64,000 nucleotides of DNA. Source: Mobula hypostoma (taxonomy: Eukaryota). The stretch covers positions 3,970,001 to 4,034,000 of the forward strand of contig NC_086109.1 in NCBI RefSeq assembly GCF_963921235.1. Direction: 5' to 3'. Within the stretch, counting starts at the first letter, position 1, and each line of letters starts with the position of its first letter. A program made the position numbers and the translations under genes. Shown here piece by piece: positions 1 to 12,176 of the stretch. The notes under the pieces were generated by a model. The model had not been told where the DNA came from and did no database searches. It saw only the letters and a program-made list of their open reading frames with translations.

Positions 1-377
1 TTCCAAGTACCACAGCTGAAACATTAGCACCCTTCTGTTAAACAGAGCAGTACTAACCCCAGTACTCCAGCTGTGGTCTTGCCAGTGCCCTGTGTAACTG
101 AAGGTAACCTCACTACCTTCGTGTACAATTCCCATCGCAGTAACACTCCACCAGCTTTCCTGATCACTGACTGTCTGTAAACCGCGCACTGAGACACTCT
201 GAGCATCCTGCTTCTCTCTGTTCAGCAATCTCTTAGCAGTCAGAAAATGGGCTTCGTTAGTTTTCCCACCGAGTTAGACATTGTGGAATGGGGATAGCTT
301 CCGAACTTGGTGGACATCCCGATTATTATGCTCCATTTTGGTCACCCTGCTATAAGGAAGATGCCATTCATCTGGAA

Positions 378-602
378 AGACCATAAGACCATGAGATATC
401 GGAACAGAATTAGGCCATTTGGCCCATTGAGTCTGCTGCACTCTTTCATCATGGCTAATCCTTTTCCCCCTCAGCCCCAATCTCCTGCCTTCATGCTCTG
501 ACTAATCGAGAACCTATCAACCTCCATCTTAAACATACCCAATCACTAGGCCTCCACAGCCGCCTGTGGCAACGAATTCCACAGATTCACCATTTTCTGG
601 CT
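378..602 (-). mobile_element. CR1 3'-end fragment (TCTTATGG-tail subfamily)
   Basis: AGACCATAAGACCAT tail and hairpin; similar to the copies at 4985 and 51237. Confidence 0.75.
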
Positions 603-989
603 AAATAAAGAATGTTGCTGGGACTGGAGAGACTGAGTTGGAGGGAGAGGTTAATCATTTTGGGACTTCATTCAATGAAGCATAGAAGGCTGAGGTGTGA
701 CCTTAAAGAGGTGTATAACATCATGAGGTGTGCAGATCGGGTGAATGCACACTGCCTTTTTAAGAAGATTGAGGAATCAAGAACTGGAGGGCATAGGGTG
801 AGGTGAGAGGGTAAAGATTTAATAGGCATGAGAGGGACAACTTTTTCACCCAGAGTGTGGTGAGTATATAGAATGGGCTGCCAGATGAAGGTTGAGGAAG
901 GCACATTAACCACGTTTTAAAGGTACTTGGACATGGTTAGGAAAGAGTAAGAGAGATAAATGGGAGGCTGGTCGAGAAGGTTCAATCCT

Positions 990-2815
990 TTGCCATTGAA
1001 GATGTAATAGAAAATTGGATTCATGAGATAATCCAGAGAGTGGTGGTAGATGGTTCCATCTCTGTCTGGATGCCTGTGACTAGTGGAGTGTCGCAGGGAT
1101 CAGTGCTGGGTCCATTGTTGTTTGTCATCTATATCGGTGATCTTGGTCCTAAAGTGGTAAACTGAATCAGCAAATTTGCAGATGACACCATGATTGGAGG
1201 CATAGTGGACAATGAAGAAGGATATCAATAGGCTGAAAAGCAGCAGAAAGGAATGTAGTGAAGACAAGTACCTTGAAAATGTTGTTAACGCACCTGCATC
1301 ATCCTTCCTTCAGCAGTTCATTCCATACGCTGGGAAGACAAACTAGAGTAGGACTTACACAGAGAACCGTAGGGCACTGAGGAGTGCCAAGGAATCTTGG
1401 AATACAGGTCCATAATTTCTTAAAATAGCATCACAGGTAGATAAGGTCATAAAGTAAGTTTTTGGCACATTGGCCTTCATAAATCAAAATACTGAGTTCA
1501 GGAGATGGGCTGTGATGTTGAAGTTGTATAAGACATTGGTGAGACCTAATTTGGAGTATTGTGTGTAGTTCTGATCACTGACCTACAGGAAAGATGTAAA
1601 TAAGATTGAAAGAGTACAGAGAAAAATTTAGAAGGATGTTGTTGGGACTTGAGGACATAAGTTACAGGAAAAGATTGAATAGTTTAGGACCCTGGAGTAC
1701 AGGAGTATGAGGAGAGGTTTGATAGGTACACAAAATTATGAGGGGTATAGATAGCGTAAATACAAGCAGGCTTTTTCCACTGAGGTTGGCTAAGACTGGA
1801 ACTAGAGGTACTCAGCAGGCCAGGCAGCTGATCTCCCTCCTGGCACTTATCCTTGCAAGCGGAAAAAGTGCTAAACCTGCCCCTATACCTCCTCCCTCAC
1901 TACCATTCAGGGCCCTAAACAGTCCTTCCAGGTGAAGTGACACTTCGCTGGTGAACCTGTTGGGGTCATTTACTGTGTTCAGTGCTCCCGGTATGGCCTC
2001 CTGTATATCGGTGAGACCCAACATAGATTGGAAGACCTCTTCGCCGAGCATCTGCCCTCTGTCCGCAAGAACAAGCAGGATCTCCCAATGGCTGCCCATT
2101 TTAATTTCACTTCCCATTCCTTTTGCAATATGTCCATCCGTGGCCTCCTCCACTGTCATGATGAGGCCACAGTCAGGTTGGAGGAACAACACTTTATATT
2201 TCGTTTCCAACCTGATAGCATGGACATTGATTTCTGTAACTTCCCACCACCCTCCCTTCACCATTTTCCATCCCCTTTTCCCTCTCTCACCTTATCTCCT
2301 CGCCCACCCATCACCTCCCTCTGATGATCCCTTTTTCTTTCTTCCATAGCCTTCTGTCTCTTTCTCCAATCAACTTCCCAGCTCTTTACTTCATCCCTCC
2401 CCCTCCAGGTTTCACCTATCACCTAGTGATTCTCTCTCCCCTCCCCCACCTTTTAAATCTACTCCTCAGCTTTGTTCTCCAGTCCTGTCGAAGTGTTTCA
2501 GCCGGAAACATCGACTGCACTTTTTCCCATAGATGCTGCCTGGCCTGCTGAGTTCCTCCAGCATTTTGTGTGCGTTGCTCGGATTTCCAGCATCTGCAGA
2601 TTTTCTCTTGCTTGTGCGGGAACTAGAGGTCATGGGTTAAGGGTGAAGGGTGAAATGTTTAAGGGGAAGTAGAGAGGTTTGGATAGCTATGTGGATGGGA
2701 GGGGCTTGGAGGGCTTCAGTCCAGGTACAGGTCGAAAGGACGAGACAAAAAAATCATGTCAGCACAAACCGGATGGACCAAGGAGTCTGCGTCTATACTA
2801 TAGTGCTCTGTGACT
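990..2815 (+). mobile_element. Decayed CR1 RT/C-terminal fragment interrupted by a Penelope-like insert
   Basis: Remnants of SGVSQGSVLGPLLF, KFADD and LVRPNLEYCV. Homology resumes at 2619. Confidence 0.8.
1810..2618 (+). mobile_element. Penelope-like element 3' fragment (GIY-YIG relic plus terminal repeat)
   Basis: GIY-YIG relic (LLYIGET, FAEHL, RLEEQH). 12-bp duplication GGAACTAGAGGT at 1798-1809 and 2619-2630. Short inverted terminal piece at 1810-1828. Confidence 0.85.
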
Positions 2816-3654
2816 GAATTTCTCAACCAGGAAAAGTCCCAATTACACCACCTCTGAGTCCTTGAGTATGTATCCGAACGAGGAGTTAGATCCTAGACCT
2901 GGTTACTTTCTGCAATAACATTTGATGTAAATGTTTCTGGAAATCTTGGAACACTTAGCAGTCCCCTTTATCTCCCCCACTCATTTCTTCTCTGAAGATC
3001 TGTACTGTTGGTCACAATTTCACTTTCACACTGCTGTGTAGACTTTGCCTGAATGCTGTGATTTTTCAGAAGTGCCAAGTGAAGCAGTATCAATACTCGA
3101 TACTTTGAGGATTCTCCCTTTGACAGGCACTAGCTAACCAGCTCGTGGCTTTCTGATCTCTGTGAGTGAAGGAGTCACACTTGTGGAGTACTCCCAGAGC
3201 TCTTTGCTTTCTTCACTGGGTAGCAATCTTTATCTCTCTGTGGCTAATTGCCACAAAACCCTGCTTCCAAACAGTTTAGAGACGGTATACGATTCCTCAG
3301 TTGTCAGTCTCTCTCCTCAGATCTGAGCTGTGACAATTGAAGCTCCATGATGTGGCTGAGCACTGGCAGTCGACCCATAGAGAGGATGGGAGAAAGAGGA
3401 CCACCTTGCTGCCTGCCCATGAGTTTGTCCCTTCCAGTGTCATGAGAAGGAATCTGTGTCAGTGGGGTTTGATAAAGGTTGGTATGGGCTCCAGTTTGCT
3501 CTGTCCTCTGGGCGCAGGAACCCTGTAGTCCCCACAGTCCCTTGCCACTACTGGAGAGGAGCTCAGACTGGAGAACAACACCAGAACCTCTGATAGCAGG
3601 TACCAGCTTCATCCTGAGTCATGGCCCTTCCGCAGGTCTCCCCACACCAGAACA

Positions 3655-4040
3655 CCAGCATCTATAGAGGGAAATACATGTTAAGTGTTTCAGGCCAAGA
3701 CCCTTCTGAAGGATCTTGGCCCGAAACGTCAACTGTTTATTCTCCTCCATAGATGCTGCCTGACCTGCTGAGTTCCTCCAGTATTTTCCATGTGTTACTC
3801 TGGACGTTCTGAAGGATCTTGGCCCAAAACCCTGACCATTTATTCTCTTCCATAGATGCTGCTTGACCAGCTGAGTTCCCCCAATACTTTGTGTGTGTGT
3901 GTTACTCTGGACCTTCTGAAGGATTTCAACCTGAAACGTTGACCATTTATTCTGCTCCATAGATGCTGCTTGACCAGCTGAGTTCCTTCAGTATTTTGTG
4001 TGTGTTCCTTTGGACTTCCACTATCTGCTGTGTCTCTTGT
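3655..4040 (+). repeat. Three tandem copies (~105 bp) of the Penelope-like terminal repeat
   Basis: Repeated TTCTGAAGGAT...CCATAGATGCTGC...GCTGAGTTCC...GTGTT units preceded by an inverted partial copy. Confidence 0.75.
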
Positions 4041-4984
4041 GTCCAGAACCCCTGCATCATGGACGGAGATGTGGATCAGTGGTGAGTATGCGGGGACGGT
4101 GTGATCAGGGATGTATTGTCAAACCACAGAGGGACCCAAGGTTCCATGCCACTCCCAGGGATCTAGGTCTAGGTCCTTCACTAAACACTTGCCACAATTG
4201 TTTGCATTCTGACTCAGAGTTCAATGGAGGTTCTGACTTCATAGAGACTTGGTCAGCCCTCAGGTGGAGCATTGTGTGCAGTTCTGGTCACTGGACTGCA
4301 GGAAGGAAGTGGATGTGCTGGAGAGAGTGCCGAGGAGATTCACCGGACTCTTCCTTGGGATGGAGCAGTTCGGTTATGAGGAGGGACTGCCGAGGCTGAG
4401 TCCACTCTCCCTGGAGCGGAGGAGATACGACTGAGGGATCTAAAATGATGAGGGTTATAGAATGTGTAGACTGCAGCAAAGTTATCACGGTATTGGTGGT
4501 AAATGAAAACTAGAGGACACAGACTGAGGGTGAGGGGATATGAGAGAGATGTCCCTCACCCAAAGATCTGTGAATACCAAGAACACACTGGCAGGGAGAG
4601 TGGTGCAAGCAGAGCCACTGATAACATTCCGGAAGTAGCTGGATGAGCTCCTGAAGCACTGAAAGCTGTGGGACAGGAGCCCGCCGGAAGATGGGATGAA
4701 CTTAGGAAGGTGCCCACTGGCCCACGTAGATGGCGTGGTCTGAACGGCCAGTTTCCAAACTGGATTAGTCTATGAGTCTGAATGGGATCAGTGTATCACA
4801 GGTAAAATGCTGGAGGAACTCAGCAGGCCAGGGAGCAGCAGTGGAGAGGAATAACAGTCCACATTTCAAGCCGAGACCCTTTAGCAGGACTCAGGAGTCC
4901 CGGTGAAGTGTCTCAGCTTGAAATGTGGATTAATTATTCCATCCGTAGAATCTGCCTGACTTACTGAGCTCCTCCAGAATTTTA

Positions 4985-6072
4985 AGACCATAAGACCGTA
5001 AGACAAAGGAGCAGAAGTCCGCCATTCAGCCCATCGAGTCTGCTCCGCCATTTTATCATGAGCTGATCCATTCTCCCATTTAGTCCCACTCCCTGCCTTC
5101 TCACCATAACCTTTGATGCCCTGGCTACTCAGATACCTATCAATCTCTGCCTTAAATACACCCAATGACTTGGCCTCCACTGCCGCCCGTGGCAACAAAT
5201 TCCACAGATTCACCACCCTCTGGCTAAAAAAATTTCTTCGCATTTCTGTTCTGAATGGGCGCCCTTCAATCCTTAAGTCATGCCCTCTCGTACTAGACTC
5301 CCCCATCATGGGAAACAACTTTGCCACATCCACTCTGTCCTTGCCTTTCAACATTCAAAATGTTTCTATGAGATCTCCTCTCATTCTTCTAAACTCCAAG
5401 GAATACAGTCCAAGAGCGGACAAACGTTCCTCATATGTTAACCCTCTCATTCCCGGAATCATTCTAGTGAATCTTCTCTGTACCCTCTCCAACGTCAGCA
5501 CGTCGTTTCTTAAATAAGGAGACCAAAACTGCCCACAGTACTCCAAGTGAGGTCTCACCAGTGCCTTATAGAGCCTCAACATCACATCCCTGCTCCTATA
5601 CTCTATTCCTCTAGAAATGAATGCCAACATTGCAGTCACCTTCTTCACCACAGACTCAACCTGGAGGTTAACCTAAGGGTATCCTGTACGAGGACTCCCA
5701 AGTCCCGTTGCATCTCAGAACTTTGAATTCTTTCCCCATTTAAATAATAGTCTGCCCGTTTATTTTTTCTGCCAAAGTGCATAACCATACACTTTCCAAC
5801 ATTGTACTTCATTTACCACTTCTTTGCCCATTCTTCCAATCTATCCAAGTCTCTCTGCAGACTCTCTGTTTCCTCAGCACTACCGGCCCCTCCACCTATC
5901 TTCGTATCATCAGCAAACTTAGCCACAAAGCCTTCTATTCCATAATTCAAATCGTTGATGTACAATGTAAAAAGAAGCGGCCCCAACACTGATCCCTGTG
6001 GAACACCACTGGTAACCGGCAGCCAACCAGAATAGGATCCCTTTATTCCCAATCTCTGTTTCCTGCCAATCA
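4985..6072 (-). mobile_element. 5'-truncated CR1, fairly young (RT C-terminal half plus 3'UTR)
   Basis: ORF-track segments GVPQGSVLGPLLF/FADD, LVRPHLEYC and RNFFSQRVVNLWN, with a frameshift and stop. (TCTTATGG)n-type tail at 4985. Confidence 0.9.
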
Positions 6073-6278
6073 CACACAATTTTGTGTGTGTGTTGTTCCA
6101 TAGTTTCAGCATCTGCAGAATCTGACTGCTTCCTCCTTTCTTTCCAGCCCTGAAGAAGGGTCTCAGCCCCACCAACTGTTCATTTCCATCAACGCTGCCT
6201 GATCTTCTGAGTTCCTCCAGCATTTGTGTGTGTGTGTGTTGCTCTGCATAATCTCTTATGTTTAGGATCAGTGTCGAT

Positions 6279-6359
6279 CAGGGTTCCCAACCTTTTTTTA
6301 CGCCATGGACCCATACCATTAATGGAGGGGTCTGTGGACCCCAGGGCTGGGAACCCCTG
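6279..6359. mobile_element. hAT (Charlie-type) MITE, 81 bp
   Basis: TIRs CAGGGTTCCCA / TGGGAACCCCTG. 8-bp TSD GTGTCGAT / GTATCGAT (7/8 match). Confidence 0.8.
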
Positions 6360-7965
6360 GTATCGATGGACATAAGAAGCATGGATGTGATGGGCTGAAG
6401 GGCCCATTTGCACGCTGCATAACTCAGCATCTCCACTTCAGATTGAAGTTGGTCGGGACAGTCGGGTTTGTCACCTGATGTCACTCTCAGCTCCAGCTCA
6501 TGTCACTGCTCCTGGCCATCTGTTATTGCAAATATCTGTCACCATAGTAATGAGCTCAATGTGTTTCTCTGGATAACAGAACCTCCTGATAACAACTGCC
6601 AAGGAATTCATCCGGGACATGCTGACTACAGGCTCCCAGTGACAACTCCGAGTATCTTCACATAATTAAGTAGAATCCAATTAATTGTTATCTGTAGGTA
6701 AATAATGTTTCATTACTTATTCTGTGTTTCTGCAGGGCAATTGTAGAAAAAGCATTTCAGGATATACAAAGATTATCCTTACATTGTGAAGTTTTTAAAC
6801 CGATTTAGTCTTAAGTCTATTGCCAAAAGCAGCCAAAATAATTATGGTTAATGTATAAATGCAGTTTGAATTCATTTTAAGGTGTCTTGTAGATAATTGT
6901 GAGACAGATGGAATTCTTATTAGAACACAAGTAGGTCCTATTTTACCAAAGTTAGGCAGTATTATTGGTTCTGAATGTCTGTAATCACATTTCAAAGCAC
7001 AATTTTGGTCACACTGTTCTATAAGATATTTGATCCTGTTCAAAAGTATCCTCCTTCTCTGTGTCCGTGACTTTGTGATTTAAGTGTTCACTGATTTGAT
7101 ATCTTACATGAAAAAATAAAATGGGAATTTACATGCCTGACATTATGCAAAACTGTGTCAGCTTCAGATGCAGTTTCAGTTATTTTCGGTGACACAGTTA
7201 CAGATTCTATTGGGAGCCACGGTCGTGTGAAGGACTAGAGTGGGTTCATCAGTGACAGTGCTGAGCCCAGCATGGTGTGACCAGACCTCTCGTTTAAACA
7301 CAAAATGCTGGAAGAACTCAGCAGGTCAGGCAGCTTCTATGGAAATGAATAAACAGCCAACGTTTGGGGTTGAGATCCTTCATCAGGATTTCCAGCATCT
7401 GCAGAATCTCTCGTGTTCACGTTCACTTAAAGACCTTTGCTACTGGATCTTCAGTCTGCATTCCATACACCGATAGATCATGTCCTCTTGTGGCAAGAAA
7501 CCGTAAAGATTTCATGGTAATGAATACACACTGAAGGTCTGAATTCCAGTCTTTCAGACTTACCTTAGAAATTCAGATATTATGTGGAGTCAATTGTTGG
7601 ATTTTAAAACCAAAATAGCAGTTGGCCTTTCAGAACTGAACACAAAAACCAAGATCTCATTACCAGAGAGGAGATACAGGAGCCGGAAATCAAAGAATGA
7701 ATGTTTTAGGAGAAGCTTCTTCCCCTCCACCATTAAATCTCTGAATAGAAAATGAAGGCATGAGCACTATCTCACTACTTACACTCTCTTTTTGCATGAC
7801 TTATTTAATTATATATTATATTTATTATAATTTATAGTATATTTAATGTATTGTACTGTATTGTCGTCACAAAACACCAAATTTCACATTTCAGTGATAA
7901 TAAACCTGATTCTGATTCAACAGGGAATTAATGAGAAATTCCTTCTTCTTAAGGACATTGGGGTG

Positions 7966-8270
7966 TGGATTTCCACCTGAGAACAAAGAGATGTGGATCT
8001 CCATCTGAGAGCAAAGAGATGTGGATATCCATCTGAGAGCAAAGAGATGCAGATCTCCATCTAAAGACATAGAGATGTGGAACTCCATCTGAGAGCAAAG
8101 AGATGTGGATCTTGATCTGAGGAGAGTGCAAAGTATGGCTATCTAAGGACAGTGGGACGTCGACCTCAGTTTGAGGACAAAGAGATAAGGATCTCCATCT
8201 GTGGAGAGTGGGAAGTGTAAACGAGTCCAAGGACTGTGGGCTGTGGGCCTCCATCTGAGAACAAAGAGAT
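7966..8270. repeat. 28-bp minisatellite (CTCCATCTGAGAGCAAAGAGATGTGGAT), degenerating rightwards
   Basis: AAAGAGAT recurs at 7985, 8013 and 8041. Confidence 0.85.
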
Positions 8271-8741
8271 ATGAGCCTGCTTCTGAGGAGGGTGGGAAGT
8301 GAAAGTCTCTCTAGGGACGTGGAACTTTGTCCAAGGATTCAGACTTGCCCTGAGATCTGTGATTCCCTCTATCCCAAGCCTTGCCAACAATTCCTCCCAC
8401 ACGGATGAAAGTTTATTGACACCAATGGGAGTTTATGCAGCAGAAACCCCTGGAATCGCAGAGAACAGAATTGTGAAGGTGTCAGATGTGTGCTGTACAA
8501 ATTGTACTGAGCCTGTGTGTGCACCATAGCACAAATATCATCTCTTCATCCTGAGCTCAGGAACAAAATATCAGTTCAACACTAGCAGTCCAGTTACAAC
8601 ATGCAGTAGCTCCAGTCAGAATCAGAATCAGGTTTAATATCATGTGTCATGAAATTTGGTGACTTTGCAGCAGCAGAACATTGTAATATATAATTATAAA
8701 GAGAAAAAAACTGTGAATTACAGTAAATATATATATTAACT

Positions 8742-9053
8742 GTGGGCACGTGGCCAAGTGGTTAAGGCATTGGACTAGTGATCTGAAGGTCGTGAGTTCA
8801 AGCCCCAGCCGAGGCAGTGTGTTGTGTCCTTGAGCAAGGCATTTAACCACACATTGCTCTGCGACAACACCGGTGCCAAGCTGTATGGGTCCTAATGTCC
8901 TTCCCTTGGACAACATCAGTGTCGTGGAGAGGGAAGACTTGCAGCATGGGCAACTGCTGGTCTTCCAAACAACCTTACCCAGGCCTGCGCCCTGGAGAGT
9001 GAAGACTTTCCAGGTGCAGATCCATGGTCTCGCAAGACTAACGGATGCCTTAC
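8742..9053 (+). mobile_element. tRNA-derived SINE with CORE-like segment
   Basis: A box TGGCCAAGTGG, B box GTTCAAGCC, CORE-like TGTGTCCTTGAGCAAGGCATTTAACC. 10-bp TSD TATATTAACT at 8732-8741 and 9054-9063. Confidence 0.85.
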
Positions 9054-9114
9054 TATATTAACTAGTTAAACTAAGTTAGATAAATAGTGCAAAAATAGAA
9101 ATAAAAAAGTGGTG

Positions 9115-9214
9115 CAAACACGAGGAAGGGTCTCGGCCCGAAACGTCGACTGTACCTCTTCCTAGACATGCTGCCTGGCCTGTTGCGTTCACCAGCAACT
9201 TTGATGTGTGTGGC
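9115..9214 (+). mobile_element. 100-bp Penelope-like terminal-repeat-only insertion
   Basis: 14-bp duplication ATAAAAAAGTGGTG at 9101-9114 and 9215-9228. Contains GGGTCTCGGCCCGAAACGTCGACTG. Confidence 0.85.
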
Positions 9215-10139
9215 ATAAAAAAGTGGTGACTGCTCATGGGTTCAATGTCCATTCAGGAATCAGATAGCAGAGGAAAAGAAGCTGTTTCTGAATCGTTGAG
9301 TGTGTGCCTTCAGGATTCTGTACTTCCTTCATGATGGTAACAATGAGAACAAGGCATGACCCAAGTGATGGTGTTCCTTCACCATGGAAGCTGCAAGAGG
9401 CATTGCTCCTTGAAGATGTCCTGGCTACTATGGATGCCAGTGCCCATGGTGGAGCTGACTAAATTTGCAACTGTCTGCAGCTTATTTTGATCCTGTGCAG
9501 TTATGCCCCTCCCCATACTAGATGGTAATGTATCCAGTCAGAATGTTCTCCATGGTACATCTGTAGAAACTTTCAAGTGTGTTGGTGACATACCAAATCT
9601 CCTCAAACTCCTAATGAAATACAGCCACTGCTTTGCCTTCTTTGTAGCTGCATTGATTTGCAGCTGATCTCGGACTGATTACCTGAGATATGTATTCATA
9701 AACAGGATGTGATTTTGTAAAATATTTGTGTGTTTTGGTCACAGAAAGGTGCTCAGTGAGAAATCATCTTTGATTTCATGTACAATGGAAAATAACGGCA
9801 GTCCTAAACAAAGGTTAATTACTTCTTGGAGGCATTTCATTAAAACCTAAATATATTCATTGTGTGGAGAGAGATGCCAGGTTTGGTTTTACGGTTATTC
9901 CGTTTGCAGTTGGCATGGGATTACACCTGCTATCATGCTGGGCTTGTAATGGACAAGTATAAATATTTATATTGTAATGTGGTATGATATCGTACAAATC
10001 CAAGCTGGCAAATTGATTTCTTTTAATGTTTATCTTTCCGATTCCCTGTTGTGCATAAAATAATATTTTCCAATCACAAGGCTTATGAGTAAAAGCAACA
10101 TTTCTTTATCATTCCCCAGAAGTACTGTTAGGCTGAAGA

Positions 10140-10567
10140 ACACCGCGGAAGCATAGCGGTTAGCACAACGCTATTACAGCTCGGGCGCCAAGAGCGTAAA
10201 GTTCAATTCCAGTGCCACCTGTGAGGCGTTGGTACTTTCTTCCTGTGACCCTGTGTGTTTTCTCCAGGAGCTCCGCTTTCCTCCTGCAGGCAAAAAACGT
10301 ACCAGTTAGTATGTTAATTGGTCAATGTAAGTGGTCCTGTGATTGGGTGAGGATTAAAAACGTACCAGTTAGTATGTTAATTGGTCATTGTAAGTGGTCC
10401 TGTGATTGGGTGAGGATTAAAAACGTACCAGTTAGTATGTTAATTGGTCATTGTAAGTGGTCCTGTGATTGGGTGAGGATTAAATTGGTGGGCGGCTGGG
10501 TGATGCAGCCCGTTGAGTTGGAAGGGCTAGTTCCACTCTGTATCACTAATTAAAATAAAGTAAATAA
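10140..10567 (+). mobile_element. V-SINE (HE1-like) with internal 63-bp triplication at 10293-10481
   Basis: tRNA-like head (TAGCGGTTAGC...GTTCAATTCC), V-domain-like TTCTCCAGGAGCTCCGCTTTCCTCC, CR1-like tail ending in an A-rich run. Confidence 0.75.
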
Positions 10568-11056
10568 TCAGAGATCACTATTAGAGGCTCCAGTTTGGGA
10601 AGAGCCAGAGCCTTTACTGGGCTGCACTGAACTTAAGTGCTCCAGAATTCATGCTATTCCATCTTTATTTTATTATCTCAGTATTTATTGCTATTTATAT
10701 ATATTTGCATTTGCACATTTTGTTGTCTTCTGCACTCTGGTTGATCTTTCATTGACCCTGTTATAGTTACTATTCTATAGATTTGCTGAGTATGCCACAG
10801 GAAAATGAATCTCAGGGTGGTATATGGTGACATAGATGCATTCTGATAATAAAATTTACTTTAACTATTTTCCCCTATAATTCAGTCCTCGCTTCCCGGC
10901 AACATCCATATAAATTTTCTCTCTACACATTCAATCTTATTGATATTTTTCCTGTAGGTAGGATAGTTCTCACTTTTATTCGTTCTGGAGAAAGATTTTC
11001 AGTGTAAACATTGGGGAAATGCTCTGTTCTCTCCCAACCCTGTTAATGCAGCATTG

Positions 11057-11655
11057 GATAGATAGATAGATACTTTATTGATCCCAAAGGAAATTATAGT
11101 GTCACAGTAGCATTACATGTGCACAGATATAAATATTAGAAGAGAAGTAGAAAGAATAAAAAATAAGTTACCACAAACAGTCGTACAAGAGGGGGTCATC
11201 ACTTCCCCAGCTATAGGTTGACTCATTATAGAGCCTAATGGCCGAGGGTAAGAACGACCTCATATAGCGCTCTTTGGAGCAGCACTGTTGTCTTATCTAT
11301 TACTAAAAGCGCTCCTCTGTTCAGCCAAGGTGGCATGCAGAGAGTGAGAAATATTGTCCAGAATTGCCAAGATTTTCCATAGGGTCCTTTGTTCTACCAG
11401 AGTCTCCAGTGTGCCCAGTTTGACTCCTATAACAGAGCCAGCCTTTCTAATCAGTTTATTGAGCCTGTTGGCATCACCCGTGTTGATGCCATTGCCCCAG
11501 CACACCACCACATAGAAGATTGTACTGGCGACAACAGACTGGTAGGACATGTGAAGGAGAGGCCTGCATACTCCAAAGGACCTCAATCTCCTCATGAAAA
11601 TCTGGCCTTTCTTGTACACAGCCTCTGTGTTGGTGCTCCACTCAAGTCTGTCATT
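11057..11655 (-). mobile_element. Rex1/Babar-type LINE 3' end with (ATCT)n tail
   Basis: ORF 11293-11619 reads RRLRSFGV...YQSVVASTIFY..VCWG...RLNKLIRKAGSVIG, typical of the Rex1 C-terminus. Confidence 0.8.
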
Positions 11656-12176
11656 GGAAGACTCCTAGAGTCATTGAAAAATACAGAACAGAAACAGACC
11701 ATTTGGCACCATCTAGTCCATGCCTAGTCCCGTCGACCTGCACCCAGACCTTAGCCCACCATCCATCCATGTACCTATCCAAACTTCCCTTAATTCTTTC
11801 TTTCTTTTGGTTTCGGGTTTTCAATATCTGCTGTTTTTTTGCACCTGTAACATCCGGTGATCCGGTGATTAACACTTTGCTGTCCAGAGACCGGCCGACG
11901 TGCTTCCCCTGGGTCGCAGTTCTCACCGCAGAGCACTGCACTGCTGTGAAACGCTGCAGAAGGTGGTGCAGTGTGAACGGCTCACATCGTGCCAGGCTTG
12001 ACACCTCTTTCACAAGAACACTGAAGCATCAGTTCCTCATGATTGTGAGAGACTTCACAACTACATCACCAGCTCAGTCTGCACTGAGTGTCACAGCTTA
12101 CCCAGCAGAAGTGTCTAAAGATAGCAATTCTGTTTATTTTTGGGTTAATTCTGATGCAAATGATGGATTTAAGTAA

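Larger units (their letters stand above)
8616..9660 (-). mobile_element. Rex1/Babar-type LINE 3' fragment hosting two nested inserts
   Basis: (TCAGAA)n tail at about 8617; similar to the 3' part of the plus-strand copy at 13285-14892. Confidence 0.7.

Noticed and set aside
7966..8270. CRISPR-like array (also 10293-10481 and 57370-57740)
   Set aside because: Contiguous tandem units without unique spacers, in a eukaryotic context with no cas genes.
8744..8815. Functional tRNA gene
   Set aside because: The acceptor and T stems do not pair. It continues into a SINE body bounded by a TSD.
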